A DNA stretch of 56,777 bases, taken from NCBI GenBank assembly GCA_021740045.1, contig JAIPAP010000006.1, positions 1 through 56,777 of the forward strand, written 5' to 3'. Under the pieces are notes generated by a model. It did not search any database. It was not told the DNA's origin and was given only the letters and a program-made list of their open reading frames with translations. A program made the translations under genes and the position numbers. Below, piece after piece: positions 1-9,337 of this stretch (position 1 is the first letter of the stretch; every line of letters begins with the position of its first letter). Source of the DNA: Bacteroidales bacterium (GTDB taxonomy: Bacteria; Bacteroidota; Bacteroidia; Bacteroidales; JAIPAP01).

Positions 1-45
1 GCCGCGCTCCCCCGGCCCCCTTCGCCTCCATTTGCTTAAATCCCT

Positions 46-99
46 TGTCTTTCCGAGCGGAGCGAGGAATCTCCTAGATGTTTATCGGACACCAATGTT
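46..99 (+). repeat. REP-like palindromic unit (TGTCTTTCCGAGCGGAGCGAGGAATCT) plus a 36-bp segment repeated at 2869-2904
   Basis: 64-99 GAGGAATCTCCTAGATGTTTATCGGACACCAATGTT vs 2869-2904 GAGGAATCTCCTGCATGTTCACGGGACACCAGTGTT, 30/36 identical by hand alignment. Confidence 0.55.
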
Positions 100-178
100 T
101 AAAAATCAATGCTTTTCAAAAATTTCTTGTTATTATCATCAAAAATGCTTATCTTTTCGAGCACTAATAAAAGGTGTT

Positions 179-1306
179 ATGGAAGATAGAATCATAAACA
201 TAGGAACATTTTCCTATTCGAGAGCGCAATTGTTAAAAGCGCGGCTGGAGGCCGAGGGTATTGATTGTTTTCTGGCCAATGTAACCCGTATCCGTTCCGA
301 TGTTCCAGGCGGGGTGAATCTTTTGATCAACGAAAAGGATTCGGAAAAAGCCCTGGAGCTCATAGATGTATTTAAAAATGCGGCGGGCAGTGAAAAAGAA
401 GGATCACTCCGCAAGCTTAAACAAGTTAGAAAGATTATGGTGCCGGTGGATTTTTCGGAACATTCGAAAAATGCCGCCCTTTTCGCCCTTGGTATTGCTG
501 CCCCATTAAAAGCAGAAATACGGATTGTACATGCCTATTACAATCCGGCAACTCATGCCGAGCCATTTGATGGCACTTACAATTATGAGATAACCATCGA
601 TAAATACGTTAAAGAGCTCGAAACTAATGCCCGTAAAAGGCTTGATGAGATGAAGGATTTTTTGCGATCTGAAGCCAGGAAATATAATTATACGGGCTTA
701 CGGGTCTCAACCAGGCTTGTTAATGGTTTTGAGGTTAGCTCTATATTACAAATGAGTGAAGAGTATAAGCCGGGTATAATTGTTCTGGGTACAAGGGGTA
801 AGAACGGAAAATTAAAAACGCTGGTGGGCAGCGTTACTACCAGGGTTATTGATAAGGCCGGTGTTCCTGTTTTGGTAGTGCCCGAAGGAGCCCGTTTTAA
901 AGAGGTGGGTCAAGCCAACAGGGTTATGTATGCCACCGATTTTGATGATTATGATTTCAGGGCTTTGCGCAGGTTGATGAGCTTTGTTCGTCCTTTTGGC
1001 ATGCAGGTATATTGTGTGCATATTTGTTGCCAAGCTACATCCCCGTATGATAGGGCCAAAATGAATGAACTGGAAAATCATTTTAAAAATGAGGTGGATG
1101 ATGTGGAGGTGTTTTTCGATATTATTGAAAGTGACAATGTGATTGATGGCTTTAACCAATACATCCATGCCAAAGACATCGATTTGGTCTCCATTACCGT
1201 TCATAAACGTAATCTTATTGAGAAATGGCTAAATCCTGACATCACTAAAAAGTTACTTTTTAACACCAACAAGCCTATTTTAATTTTTCATGCGAGCGGA
1301 GGCTGA
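179..1306 (+). CDS. Universal stress protein (two Usp domains) with short N-terminal DUF2007-like domain
   Basis: KIMVPVDFSEHS, IIVLGTRG...LVGSVTTRVI...VPVLVVP and a second Usp domain (VMYATDF...PILIF). N-terminal AQLLKARLEAEGIDCF motif. Start moved from TTG 32 to ATG 179. Confidence 0.85.
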   Translation: MEDRIINIGTFSYSRAQLLKARLEAEGIDCFLANVTRIRSDVPGGVNLLINEKDSEKALELIDVFKNAAGSEKEGSLRKLKQVRKIMVPVDFSEHSKNAALFALGIAAPLKAEIRIVHAYYNPATHAEPFDGTYNYEITIDKYVKELETNARKRLDEMKDFLRSEARKYNYTGLRVSTRLVNGFEVSSILQMSEEYKPGIIVLGTRGKNGKLKTLVGSVTTRVIDKAGVPVLVVPEGARFKEVGQANRVMYATDFDDYDFRALRRLMSFVRPFGMQVYCVHICCQATSPYDRAKMNELENHFKNEVDDVEVFFDIIESDNVIDGFNQYIHAKDIDLVSITVHKRNLIEKWLNPDITKKLLFNTNKPILIFHASGG

Positions 1307-1400
1307 TTCCGGTTGGGAATAATAATGCAGGTATTGCCAACTCAAAGTCGGGTATGAGTATGGTTCTCTTATTACTGATGGCATGAATAGAAAGGCTTCT

Positions 1401-1763
1401 TTACAATGTAGGATAAAACGCGTGCTCGATGTGTTTTAGCTTTTCTTGTGTAGGGGTGAGGATAATGGAAATAATATCGAAACGGGCTTCTTTTCTGATT
1501 TCGTTCCATACCAAATATTGATTGGCTGCTCTTACCAGGAAACGCTGTTTGGTTTTATTTACCCACATTTCCGGTTCACCCATAAGATTCGAGCGCCGGG
1601 TTTTCACCTCAACAATTACGATGTATTCATCATTTTCGGCAATGATATCGATCTCGTTTTTACCAAAGCGCCAGTTGGTGGCCCTTATCGTATATCCTTT
1701 GCCTTTCAAATGGCCCAGGGCAAGCTCCTCACCCCGGTCACCCAATTCATTATGTTCTGCCAT
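1401..1763 (-). CDS. yraN: YraN family (UPF0102) putative endonuclease
   Basis: HNELGDRGEELA...NWRFGKNEIDIIA...VEVKTR...RFDIISI...HIEHAF signature. Confidence 0.9.
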   Translation of the reverse strand: MAEHNELGDRGEELALGHLKGKGYTIRATNWRFGKNEIDIIAENDEYIVIVEVKTRRSNLMGEPEMWVNKTKQRFLVRAANQYLVWNEIRKEARFDIISIILTPTQEKLKHIEHAFYPTL

Positions 1764-2794
1764 CAGTTTACCAGGTATTTGAAAACCAAATTATAAAGAA
1801 TTACAATAAAAAGAAAGAGAAAAAGCACAAAAAGCGCTGTGCCCAGGATTTTTTTCCATTGATTTCGCTGAACCACTTGTTTTTCGGGTTCCTGGAAATG
1901 GATCTTCACCTCTTCATCCACCGAAAGATCAACCCGCCTTCCCATAATGATGGGTTGATTCACATCAAGATGACCGGCCGGAAACCCAAAACAAACAGGG
2001 TAATCGTACTCTTCTACAGCCCCGGCAATGATCTCCGCGGCCGATTTACCAAAAGGGATCGCATTATCATTCATCTTGGTCATTCCTCCCACGATCAAAC
2101 CTGCCAGGTTGCTTAGCTTGCCCGAGCGTTTCAGTTGCTGCATCATCCGGTCCAAATGATAGAGATACTCATCCACTTCTTCAATAAACAGGATTTTACC
2201 TTGCGGGTTTATATCCGATTGGGTTCCCGTAAGATTATAAAGAATGGAAAGGTTACCGCCCACAATCAACCCGCTTGCATTCCCCTTCCGATTCAGCGCA
2301 TTTGCCTGTAGCGTATATAATGGCTGTTCATTTCCAAATAAAATGGCTTTCATGTTTTGAATATCTGGAGATTGAGCCGCATCTTCAGTAAAATTAAAGG
2401 CCATAGGAGCATGCAGGGTTTCAATTCCTAAAACCTGGTTAATATGGGCATGCATTACGGTAATATCGCTAAAGCCAATGATCCATTTGGGTGAATTCGA
2501 AAAACGGCTAAAATTCAACCGATCGATAATCCTCACGGTGCCGTAGCCGCCACGGGCACATAAAATGGCTTTGACGCTTTCATCATCGAGCATTTGCTGA
2601 AAATCGGAAAAGCGGTCCTCATCGGTGCCCGAAAACTGATGGTGTTCATTAAGCAAATTGTTGCCCAGCACTACTTCCAGCCCCCAGCTTTTTAAAGTTG
2701 CTACTGCCGCTTCAATTTCCTTCAGGCTTATCTTTTTTGCCGGGGCCACTATCGCTATTTTATCGCCTTGTTTTAGTGATGGAGGTGTTATCAT
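1763..2794 (-). CDS. LD-carboxypeptidase (peptidase S66) with C-terminal hydrophobic tail
   Basis: CARGGYG, IGFSDIT (catalytic Ser), GGNLS, ILFIEEV (Glu), FPAGH (His). Ends in a TM-like stretch. Confidence 0.9.
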   Translation of the reverse strand: MITPPSLKQGDKIAIVAPAKKISLKEIEAAVATLKSWGLEVVLGNNLLNEHHQFSGTDEDRFSDFQQMLDDESVKAILCARGGYGTVRIIDRLNFSRFSNSPKWIIGFSDITVMHAHINQVLGIETLHAPMAFNFTEDAAQSPDIQNMKAILFGNEQPLYTLQANALNRKGNASGLIVGGNLSILYNLTGTQSDINPQGKILFIEEVDEYLYHLDRMMQQLKRSGKLSNLAGLIVGGMTKMNDNAIPFGKSAAEIIAGAVEEYDYPVCFGFPAGHLDVNQPIIMGRRVDLSVDEEVKIHFQEPEKQVVQRNQWKKILGTALFVLFLFLFIVILYNLVFKYLVN

Positions 2795-2868
2795 TGAATT
2801 AGTTTTTTTCTTGAAAGGATAAAATTAAGGGTTTTTAGTGAATCATCTCTTTTTGCATAAATCCGAGA

Positions 2869-2904
2869 GAGGAATCTCCTGCATGTTCACGGGACACCAG
2901 TGTT
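2869..2904 (+). repeat. Second copy of the 36-bp intergenic repeat (see 64-99)
   Basis: Direct sequence similarity to 64-99. Confidence 0.55.
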
Positions 2905-2974
2905 CCTTAATAAAACTAAAGACAAAAAAGGCTGTTGAACAAAACCTCCTTTTTTGATCGATAATTCAATTCAT

Positions 2975-2982
2975 TATCTTTG
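2975..2982 (+). promoter_or_regulatory. Bacteroidota sigma-ABfr -7 element for metG
   Basis: TATCTTTG matches TAnnTTTG; TTTG at 2953-2956 is a candidate -33 element. Confidence 0.65.
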
Positions 2983-3013
2983 CCCCTCATTTTGAAAAAG
3001 GAAAGGATTTGTC

Positions 3014-5071
3014 ATGGCTGAGAAGAAGAATTACAAGCGCTATACAGTTACGGCCGCATTGCCTTATGCTAACGGTCCATTACATATTGGTCATCTTGCA
3101 GGAGTATATATTCCGGCCGATATTTATGCCCGTTACCTCCGCTCAAAAGGCGAAGAAGTGGCCTTTATTTGCGGATCGGATGAGCATGGAGTGCCTATTA
3201 CCATCAAAGCCCGTAATGAAGGGAAGTCGCCGCAGGAAGTTGTGGATGAATATCATGAGATCAATAAGAAATCCTTCGAGGAATTGGGCATTACTTTCGA
3301 TATCTATTCCCGAACCTCCAATGCCATTCATCATATTACTTCTGCTGAATTCTTTAAGAAGCTGTATGACGAGGGAAAATTCATCGAACGGGAAAACGAA
3401 CAATACTTTGACGAAGAAAATAACCAATTCCTTGCCGACCGCTATATAACCGGAACCTGTCCCAACTGTGGCTATGAGAAAGCCTATGGCGATCAGTGTG
3501 AGAGCTGTGGCACTTCATTAAGCCCCAATGAATTGATCAATCCCACCTCAGCCATTAGTGGGAACAAACCTGTTTTACGAAAGACCAAGCATTGGTACCT
3601 GCCGCTCGATAAGTACGAACCCTGGTTAAAAAAATGGATTCTTGAAGACCATAAAGATGACTGGAAACCCAATGTTTATGGCCAATGCAAATCATGGCTC
3701 GACAAAGGGCTGCAAGCCCGGGCAGTGACCCGCGATTTGAACTGGGGCGTGAAAGTGCCGCTGGAAGAAGCCGAGGGAAAAGTGCTTTATGTATGGTTTG
3801 ATGCTCCTATCGGATACATTTCGGCTACCAAGGAATGGGCTACCGATAACGACAAGGATTGGAAACTTTATTGGAAAGACGAAGAAACCAAACTGGTGCA
3901 TTTTATCGGGAAGGACAACATAGTTTTTCATTGTATAATTTTCCCTGCTATGCTTAAGGCTGATGGTTCATATATTCTTCCTGATAATGTTCCGGCCAAT
4001 GAATTTCTGAATCTCGAAAACGATAAAATCTCAACATCGCGCGGATGGGCTGTTTGGCTTAATGAATACCTTGAAAAGTTTCCGGGTAAGCAGGATGTGC
4101 TACGTTACGTACTTTGTGCTAATGCTCCTGAAACCAAGGACAATAACTTTACCTGGAAAGACTACCAGGACCGGAACAACAATGAGTTGTTGGCGATATT
4201 GGGCAATTTTGTCAACCGGACCCTGGTACTCACCCAAAAATATTTCGATGGAAAGGTTCCTGGAGTAGGTGAATTAACCACCGAAGATAAAGCTGCTTTA
4301 GATGAAATGAAAGCCTATCCCGGCAAGATTGCCAAAAGCATGGAGAATTACCGTTTCAGGGAAGCCTTGAATGAAATGATGAACCTGGCCCGCCTGGGCA
4401 ATAAATACCTCACCGATCATGAGCCCTGGAAAAAAATAAAAACTGATGAGGAGCGGGTTAAAACCATCCTGAATATATCGCTGCAAATTGCTGCTAACCT
4501 GTCGATAGTGGCAGAGCCATTTATCCCGTTTACGGCCGAAAAGATGGTCAGGATGTTGAATATAGAGCAGAAATATTGGGAGGAAGCCGGATCGGCATCT
4601 TTGCTGGAAACCGGTCATCAGCTTAATAAAGCGGAATTCCTGTTCAATAAGGTTGAAGATGAAACCGTAGAAAATCAGAAACAGAAACTGATCGAAGAAT
4701 ATGAAAAGCGGCTGCAAAGGGAAAGCAAGGTGGCACCTGCAAAGGATCCTATAAAATTCGATGATTTCAGCAAGCTCGATATCCGTTCGGCCACCATTCT
4801 GGAGGCCGAGAAAGTTCCCAAGACCAAAAAGCTGATCAAAATGACAGTGGATACAGGTGTTGATAAACGTACTATTGTTTCGGGTATAGCGGAATATTTC
4901 AAGCCGGAGGATGTTATCGGTAAGCAAGTAAGTGTCCTGATCAACCTGGAACCCAGAAAGATCAAGGGTATCGAATCCAAAGGCATGATCCTGATGGCCG
5001 AAGATAATGATGGCAGCCTGCATTTCGTTAAGCCTGAGGATGAGATAACCAATGGCTCTGAGGTGAAGTAG
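3014..5071 (+). CDS. metG: Methionine--tRNA ligase
   Basis: [13 protein letters not shown] (HIGH), Zn knuckle CPNC...[19 protein letters not shown] (KMSKS-like), C-terminal tRNA-binding OB domain. Confidence 0.98.
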   Translation: MAEKKNYKRYTVTAALPYANGPLHIGHLAGVYIPADIYARYLRSKGEEVAFICGSDEHGVPITIKARNEGKSPQEVVDEYHEINKKSFEELGITFDIYSRTSNAIHHITSAEFFKKLYDEGKFIERENEQYFDEENNQFLADRYITGTCPNCGYEKAYGDQCESCGTSLSPNELINPTSAISGNKPVLRKTKHWYLPLDKYEPWLKKWILEDHKDDWKPNVYGQCKSWLDKGLQARAVTRDLNWGVKVPLEEAEGKVLYVWFDAPIGYISATKEWATDNDKDWKLYWKDEETKLVHFIGKDNIVFHCIIFPAMLKADGSYILPDNVPANEFLNLENDKISTSRGWAVWLNEYLEKFPGKQDVLRYVLCANAPETKDNNFTWKDYQDRNNNELLAILGNFVNRTLVLTQKYFDGKVPGVGELTTEDKAALDEMKAYPGKIAKSMENYRFREALNEMMNLARLGNKYLTDHEPWKKIKTDEERVKTILNISLQIAANLSIVAEPFIPFTAEKMVRMLNIEQKYWEEAGSASLLETGHQLNKAEFLFNKVEDETVENQKQKLIEEYEKRLQRESKVAPAKDPIKFDDFSKLDIRSATILEAEKVPKTKKLIKMTVDTGVDKRTIVSGIAEYFKPEDVIGKQVSVLINLEPRKIKGIESKGMILMAEDNDGSLHFVKPEDEITNGSEVK

Positions 5072-5090
5072 TCATTTGTGCCAAATTTTA

Positions 5091-5098
5091 TAGTTTTG
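5091..5098 (+). promoter_or_regulatory. -7 promoter element for the tRNA fragment/GIY-YIG/tRNA unit
   Basis: TAGTTTTG (TAnnTTTG), 11 nt upstream of the first tRNA fragment. Confidence 0.6.
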
Positions 5099-5109
5099 CA
5101 GGTTGAAAG

Positions 5110-5169
5110 GGCCCCGTAGTTCAACGGATACCTGCCTGCCGGCAGGCAGGGAATAGAGGTTTCCTAAAC
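5110..5169 (+). pseudogene. 5' half of tRNA-Arg(CCT) with a 20-bp palindrome inserted at the end of the D-loop
   Basis: 5110-5130 plus 5151-5169 are identical to 5418-5457; the insert 5131-5150 is CCTGCCTGCCGGCAGGCAGG. Confidence 0.9.
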
Positions 5170-5178
5170 ATTGGATAG

Positions 5179-5427
5179 ATGTATTGGGTTTATGCTATAC
5201 AAAGTGAGATCGATGGCAGAATTTATGTTGGAATAAGTCAAAACGTAGACTTGAGGGTAAACCAGCATAATAAAGGACATACGCGTTCAACTAAAGGATA
5301 TAGACCATGGGGGTTGGTTTATACAGAACAAGTAGGAGAGAGTATGATGGCGGCCCGGAAAAGGGAAAAGTATTATAAATCTGGTATAGGCAGGGAAAAA
5401 ATAAAACAATTGAGTAAGGCCCCGTAG
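5179..5427 (+). CDS. Small stand-alone GIY-YIG nuclease family protein
   Basis: WVYAIQS...RIYVG...RVNQHNKG...STKGYRPW.LVYTE...ARKREKYYKSG.GRE. The TAG stop is tRNA nt 8-10. Confidence 0.9.
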   Translation: MYWVYAIQSEIDGRIYVGISQNVDLRVNQHNKGHTRSTKGYRPWGLVYTEQVGESMMAARKREKYYKSGIGREKIKQLSKAP

Positions 5428-5489
5428 TTCAACGGATAGAATAGAGGTTTCCTAAACCTTAGATACAGGTTCGATTCCTGTCGGGGCTA
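5418..5489 (+). tRNA. tRNA-Arg, anticodon CCT
   Basis: Acceptor stem GGCCCCG/CGGGGCT, D-arm GTTC/GAAT, anticodon arm GAGGT-TTCCTAA-ACCTT, T-arm CAGG-TTCGATT-CCTG. CCA not encoded. Confidence 0.95.
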
Positions 5490-5498
5490 CAAAGGGTG

Positions 5499-5528
5499 AA
5501 GAGAGCTAATTGCTCTCTTTTCTTTTTT
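5499..5528 (+). terminator. Intrinsic terminator after tRNA-Arg
   Basis: AAGAGAGC-TAATT-GCTCTCTT followed by a T tract. Confidence 0.8.
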
Positions 5529-5546
5529 CCAGCACCCTGAACTTGC

Positions 5547-5652
5547 GGTTTCCAAAACCTTAGATACAGGTTCCCTGCCTGCGTGACTGCAGTCAGGCAG
5601 GGATTCCTGTCGGGGCTACGAAGGGTGAAGAGAGCTAATTGCTCTCTTTTTT
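5547..5652 (+). pseudogene. 3' half of tRNA-Arg plus duplicated terminator, with a 28-bp palindrome inserted in the T-loop
   Basis: Matches the intact tRNA from the anticodon arm through the terminator, except the anticodon (CCA for CCT), one change after the discriminator, and the insert 5574-5601 CCTGCCTGCGTGACTGCAGTCAGGCAGG between TTC and GATT. Confidence 0.88.
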
Positions 5653-5812
5653 ATGCCCAGACCACATGATCTGGGAATTATAAGATGTTTGCTTATTGCT
5701 TCAGGTAACAGCGGGCCGGATGTCACCAAGCTCCATACGCCATGCTCTTTGCTTCAAGGGGCGCCTTTCTGCCCTGCAAGCCAGTTAAATTAAAAGCCTA
5801 CATTGGGTACCC

Positions 5813-6460
5813 TTAAAAAAACTCCTCCGTTCTGATATAAAATGGGTCGATGTCATAGTCTTCAAGGTATGCGGCCATTTCTTCTATCATCTGCGAATTA
5901 CCACACAAATAATAAATCGCGTTTTCATCGGGCTGCATATGGGTTTTAAAATAATCGGTGATCCTTCCCTGGTATTGACTGCCGTTTTCGCGCGTGGTAC
6001 AAAAGATCAATCTTTCAGGATCAAAAGCATCATGATCATATGCCTCCGATGTGTACCGTGTACCATGTAAAAGTTGATAATTGAGGTTTGGTTTGCTCTT
6101 CACAAAACTTCGAAAGGGAGCAATACCGGTACCGGTGGCCATAAAGATCAGCTTTTTTTCCTGCAGCTTTTCAATGTTCATCACAAAAAACCCATACGGG
6201 CCTTCAACATGAGCAATGTCACCTTCTTTTAACCGGCTAAGTTTTTCGCTTATATTACCCTTTTCCACGCGCCTGACCAGGATTTCCAGGTAGGGGTCCT
6301 CCTCACCTGAATAAATCGAATATTCCCGGCTATCGTTCCCGAGGCCCACAACGATGTATTGTCCGGCATGAAAAGCCATATCATGGCGCTCGAGGCGGAG
6401 CACAAAGGTGTTATCGGTTAAAAAACGTTTATTCAACACTTTACTGTTGTATGATCTCAT
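5813..6460 (-). CDS. FAD/NAD(P)-binding oxidoreductase, ferredoxin-NADP reductase family
   Basis: REYSIYS (RxYS), EGPYGFF, ATGTGIAPF, YLCGN, C-terminal EEFF. Confidence 0.88.
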   Translation of the reverse strand: MRSYNSKVLNKRFLTDNTFVLRLERHDMAFHAGQYIVVGLGNDSREYSIYSGEEDPYLEILVRRVEKGNISEKLSRLKEGDIAHVEGPYGFFVMNIEKLQEKKLIFMATGTGIAPFRSFVKSKPNLNYQLLHGTRYTSEAYDHDAFDPERLIFCTTRENGSQYQGRITDYFKTHMQPDENAIYYLCGNSQMIEEMAAYLEDYDIDPFYIRTEEFF

Positions 6461-7344
6461 GGGTTTACGGTTTTTTTCACATTCACATGTTTTTCGGCAT
6501 GATAGGATGAGCGTACCAGGGGACCGCTTTCCACATGACCTATTCCACGTTTCAATCCCTCCTCGCGATAAAAGTCATAAACTTCCGGGCGCACATATTC
6601 CTTTACCTGCTCAAGGTGGGAGTCGGGTTGGAGATATTGCCCTATGGTCAGGACATCACAGCCTGCTTCTGCCAAGTCATCCATAAGTTCAAGCACTTCA
6701 CCGGTAGTTTCGCCCAAACCAACCATAATGCCCGATTTGGCCACAAGCCCCGACTCCGAAACAATACGGATCACCTTAAGGCTTCGATCGTAGCGCGCCA
6801 GGTTACGAATTTTTGGCGTTAAGCGTCGCACCGTTTCCATATTGTGTGAGATCACTTCCGGTTGGGCATCGATTATTTTTTGAAGGTGTTCCCTTTTCCC
6901 ATTCATATCAGGAATAAGAACCTCCATGGTAGTTTCCGGGTTCAATTCCTTGATCATCCCGATGGTCTTTGCCCAGAATGCAGCTCCACCATCTTTAAGA
7001 TCATCACGGGCGACAGAGGTAACCACAGCATGTTTAAGCTGCAATTTTCGGATGGTCTCAGCCAACCGCCTTGGCTCCTTCCAGTCAACTGCTCCCGGAA
7101 GTTCATTCAACACCCCGCAAAAGCGGCAGTTGCGCGTACATTTTTCCCCTAATATCATAAACGACGCGGTGCCTGCACTCCAACATTCCCCCCGGTTGGG
7201 ACAATTTCCGCTGGTACATATGGTGTGAAGATCATGCTCTTCGATGAGCCTTTTTACTTTCGAATATTCTTTTCCATGTGGCAACGGCGCCTTCAGCCAG
7301 TCGGGTAACCTGCGTTTTTTCTTAGTTTCCACATCTTTATTCAT
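6457..7344 (-). CDS. lipA: Lipoyl synthase
   Basis: CTSGNCPNRGEC (CX4CX5C), CTRNCRFC radical SAM motif, GPLVRSSYHA. Confidence 0.97.
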   Translation of the reverse strand: MNKDVETKKKRRLPDWLKAPLPHGKEYSKVKRLIEEHDLHTICTSGNCPNRGECWSAGTASFMILGEKCTRNCRFCGVLNELPGAVDWKEPRRLAETIRKLQLKHAVVTSVARDDLKDGGAAFWAKTIGMIKELNPETTMEVLIPDMNGKREHLQKIIDAQPEVISHNMETVRRLTPKIRNLARYDRSLKVIRIVSESGLVAKSGIMVGLGETTGEVLELMDDLAEAGCDVLTIGQYLQPDSHLEQVKEYVRPEVYDFYREEGLKRGIGHVESGPLVRSSYHAEKHVNVKKTVNP

Positions 7345-7512
7345 ATATCTCCTCCTATTATTTTAATTTGGAACAAATCTAAATAATAAGGTTTAGATAG
7401 GGAAATGGTGTGCAAGAATGTATATGAATTATTATGAACGATCATTTGTAAAACTGCTCGAGACTGTTGAAAAATATTTCATTCGTCTCTTGAAAGTAAT
7501 GATTTCATTAAC

Positions 7513-7534
7513 TATTTTTGTCTTAAATTGACAA
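7513..7534 (+). promoter_or_regulatory. -7 promoter overlapped by an inverted repeat (putative operator of the HTH regulator)
   Basis: TATTTTTG at 7513-7520; TTGTC-N7-GACAA at 7518-7534. Confidence 0.55.
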
Positions 7535-7553
7535 GTATTAATTTACCTGAATA

Positions 7554-7880
7554 ATGAAGCAAACATTTGGTGAACATATAAGGCAACTGAGACTTTCAAA
7601 GGGCTGGACGCTAACTAAACTGGCAGCACAATTAGATATGGATTCGGCCAACTTAAGTAAAATAGAAAATGGAAAACGGGAATTTGACCAAAAACGGATA
7701 GCAAAACTAGCTAATGCATTTGACTTGGATGTTAACGAACTAACGGAAGAATTCTTAAGTGATCAATTTGCGAAAGCAATTTATGCATCGAAATCAAGCT
7801 TAAATAGTTTAAAATTGGCTGAGGAGAAAGTCAGGTATCTCCAACAGAAGAATGCCAAACAAAGCAGTATAAACTTGTAG
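7554..7880 (+). CDS. XRE-family HTH regulator (putative R-M controller)
   Basis: FGEHIRQLRLSKGWTLTKLAAQLDMDSANLSKIENGKR; first gene of the R-M operon. Confidence 0.85.
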   Translation: MKQTFGEHIRQLRLSKGWTLTKLAAQLDMDSANLSKIENGKREFDQKRIAKLANAFDLDVNELTEEFLSDQFAKAIYASKSSLNSLKLAEEKVRYLQQKNAKQSSINL

Positions 7881-7888
7881 TTATTCTC

Positions 7889-9331
7889 ATGTATACAGCA
7901 AACAATATATCAAAAGTAAATGAAGACCTCATATTAGAATATTTGAAGGTGCCATCCGATGTCCAGAGAATTAAATTAAAGGACAGGTATGATCATAAAT
8001 TCAGGATTAATAAATCATTAAACAGGTCCTTAATCTCATTTCAAGCGAATAAGTCCGAGCCACTATATCGTTGGTTTAAGTTCAAGGAAGGTTTTTCCAG
8101 CGCCTTTGTAAATACTATCCTGGCTGAATTCTCAAATCCACAAAAGCAACAGGTTATACTTGACCCTTTTGCAGGTATTGGCACAACCCTTACAACCAGC
8201 CTTATAAGTGGACATAGAGCAATCGGAATAGAATTGTTAAAACCGGCAATTTTGGCTGCCAAAGCCAGAATCGCCAGCCACCAAGTCAAACAACCGGAAC
8301 TGAATCAATTAATCATTGATATTGAAACTCTGGATTTTTATGATCACGCAGTTGAAGACAAGTATTTTTTCAAACATATTACCATAACAAAAGGAGCATT
8401 CTTAAAGGAAACGGAAATTGCTATTGCCAACGTGAATAAATATCTATCAACGCTGCGAGCAGATAGTACTATCCGTCAATTGGCTGAATTTGCGATGACA
8501 TCAGTTTTGGAAGACATATCCTTTACAAGAAAAGACGGACAATACTTGCGTTGGGATTACAGGGCTGATAGAAATCTGAAGTCAAAATTCAGTAAGGGAG
8601 AAATCCATGAGTTAAAGCAAAAATTATTGGAAAAGTTGTATTTGATAAGAGAAGATATATTCGCATCAAAACAAATTGATATTCAGGATTATTATGAACT
8701 CTACAACGCTAGTTCATTGGAAAAAATTCATGATCTTGAAGACGAATCCGTTGATCTTGTGATTACCTCACCTCCCTATTGTAACAGATATGACTATACG
8801 AGAACATATGCTTTGGAACTAGCCTATAATGGAGTTGATGACCAGGAGATTAAAAAATTAAGACAAACGCTCTTGTCTGCAACTGTTGAAAATAAGAGCA
8901 AGTACAATATTCTAAAAGAAATCTACACAAAATATGGTAAGCAAAGCACTTTTGACGAAATTGTAGGTTCTTTCCGCAAGCAAGCTGCACTGAATGAATC
9001 CATTGCAGGTCTCTATTATCACAGGAATAAATTAAACAACAAGAATATTCCTTACATGGTTAGCAATTACTTTTTTGAAATGAATTTTATTATATGGGAA
9101 CTTGAGCGTGTATTAAAAAAAGGTGGTAAAGTTGTAATGGTCAATGATAATGTTAGGTACAATGGATCTGAAATCCCTGTAGATTTAATCTTATCGGAGT
9201 TTGCAGCTGATGCGGGATTATATACGGATGTCATTTGGATACTTGAAAAAGGTAAAGGAAATAGTAGTCAGCAAATGGGCGCTCATGGCAGGAAGGAAAC
9301 TAGAAAATGTGTATATGTTTGGTCAAAATAA
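7889..9331 (+). CDS. DNA amino-methyltransferase, probably N4-cytosine, alpha motif order
   Basis: ILDPFAGIGTT (motif I) precedes VITSPPY (motif IV). Confidence 0.88.
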   Translation: MYTANNISKVNEDLILEYLKVPSDVQRIKLKDRYDHKFRINKSLNRSLISFQANKSEPLYRWFKFKEGFSSAFVNTILAEFSNPQKQQVILDPFAGIGTTLTTSLISGHRAIGIELLKPAILAAKARIASHQVKQPELNQLIIDIETLDFYDHAVEDKYFFKHITITKGAFLKETEIAIANVNKYLSTLRADSTIRQLAEFAMTSVLEDISFTRKDGQYLRWDYRADRNLKSKFSKGEIHELKQKLLEKLYLIREDIFASKQIDIQDYYELYNASSLEKIHDLEDESVDLVITSPPYCNRYDYTRTYALELAYNGVDDQEIKKLRQTLLSATVENKSKYNILKEIYTKYGKQSTFDEIVGSFRKQAALNESIAGLYYHRNKLNNKNIPYMVSNYFFEMNFIIWELERVLKKGGKVVMVNDNVRYNGSEIPVDLILSEFAADAGLYTDVIWILEKGKGNSSQQMGAHGRKETRKCVYVWSK

Positions 9332-9337
9332 ATAGCT

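Noticed and set aside
32-178. N-terminal extension of the Usp ORF from TTG 32
   Set aside because: It crosses a repeat and the likely promoter; protein-like sequence begins at ATG 179.
4298-5124. Long antisense ORFs (also 25323-25871, 34545-35174, 38889-39647 and others)
   Set aside because: Shadow frames opposite well-supported genes, with no independent motifs.
5530-5620. Second functional tRNA with anticodon CCA (Trp)
   Set aside because: No 5' acceptor strand or D-arm, and the T-loop is interrupted. It is a mutated copy of the tRNA-Arg 3' half.
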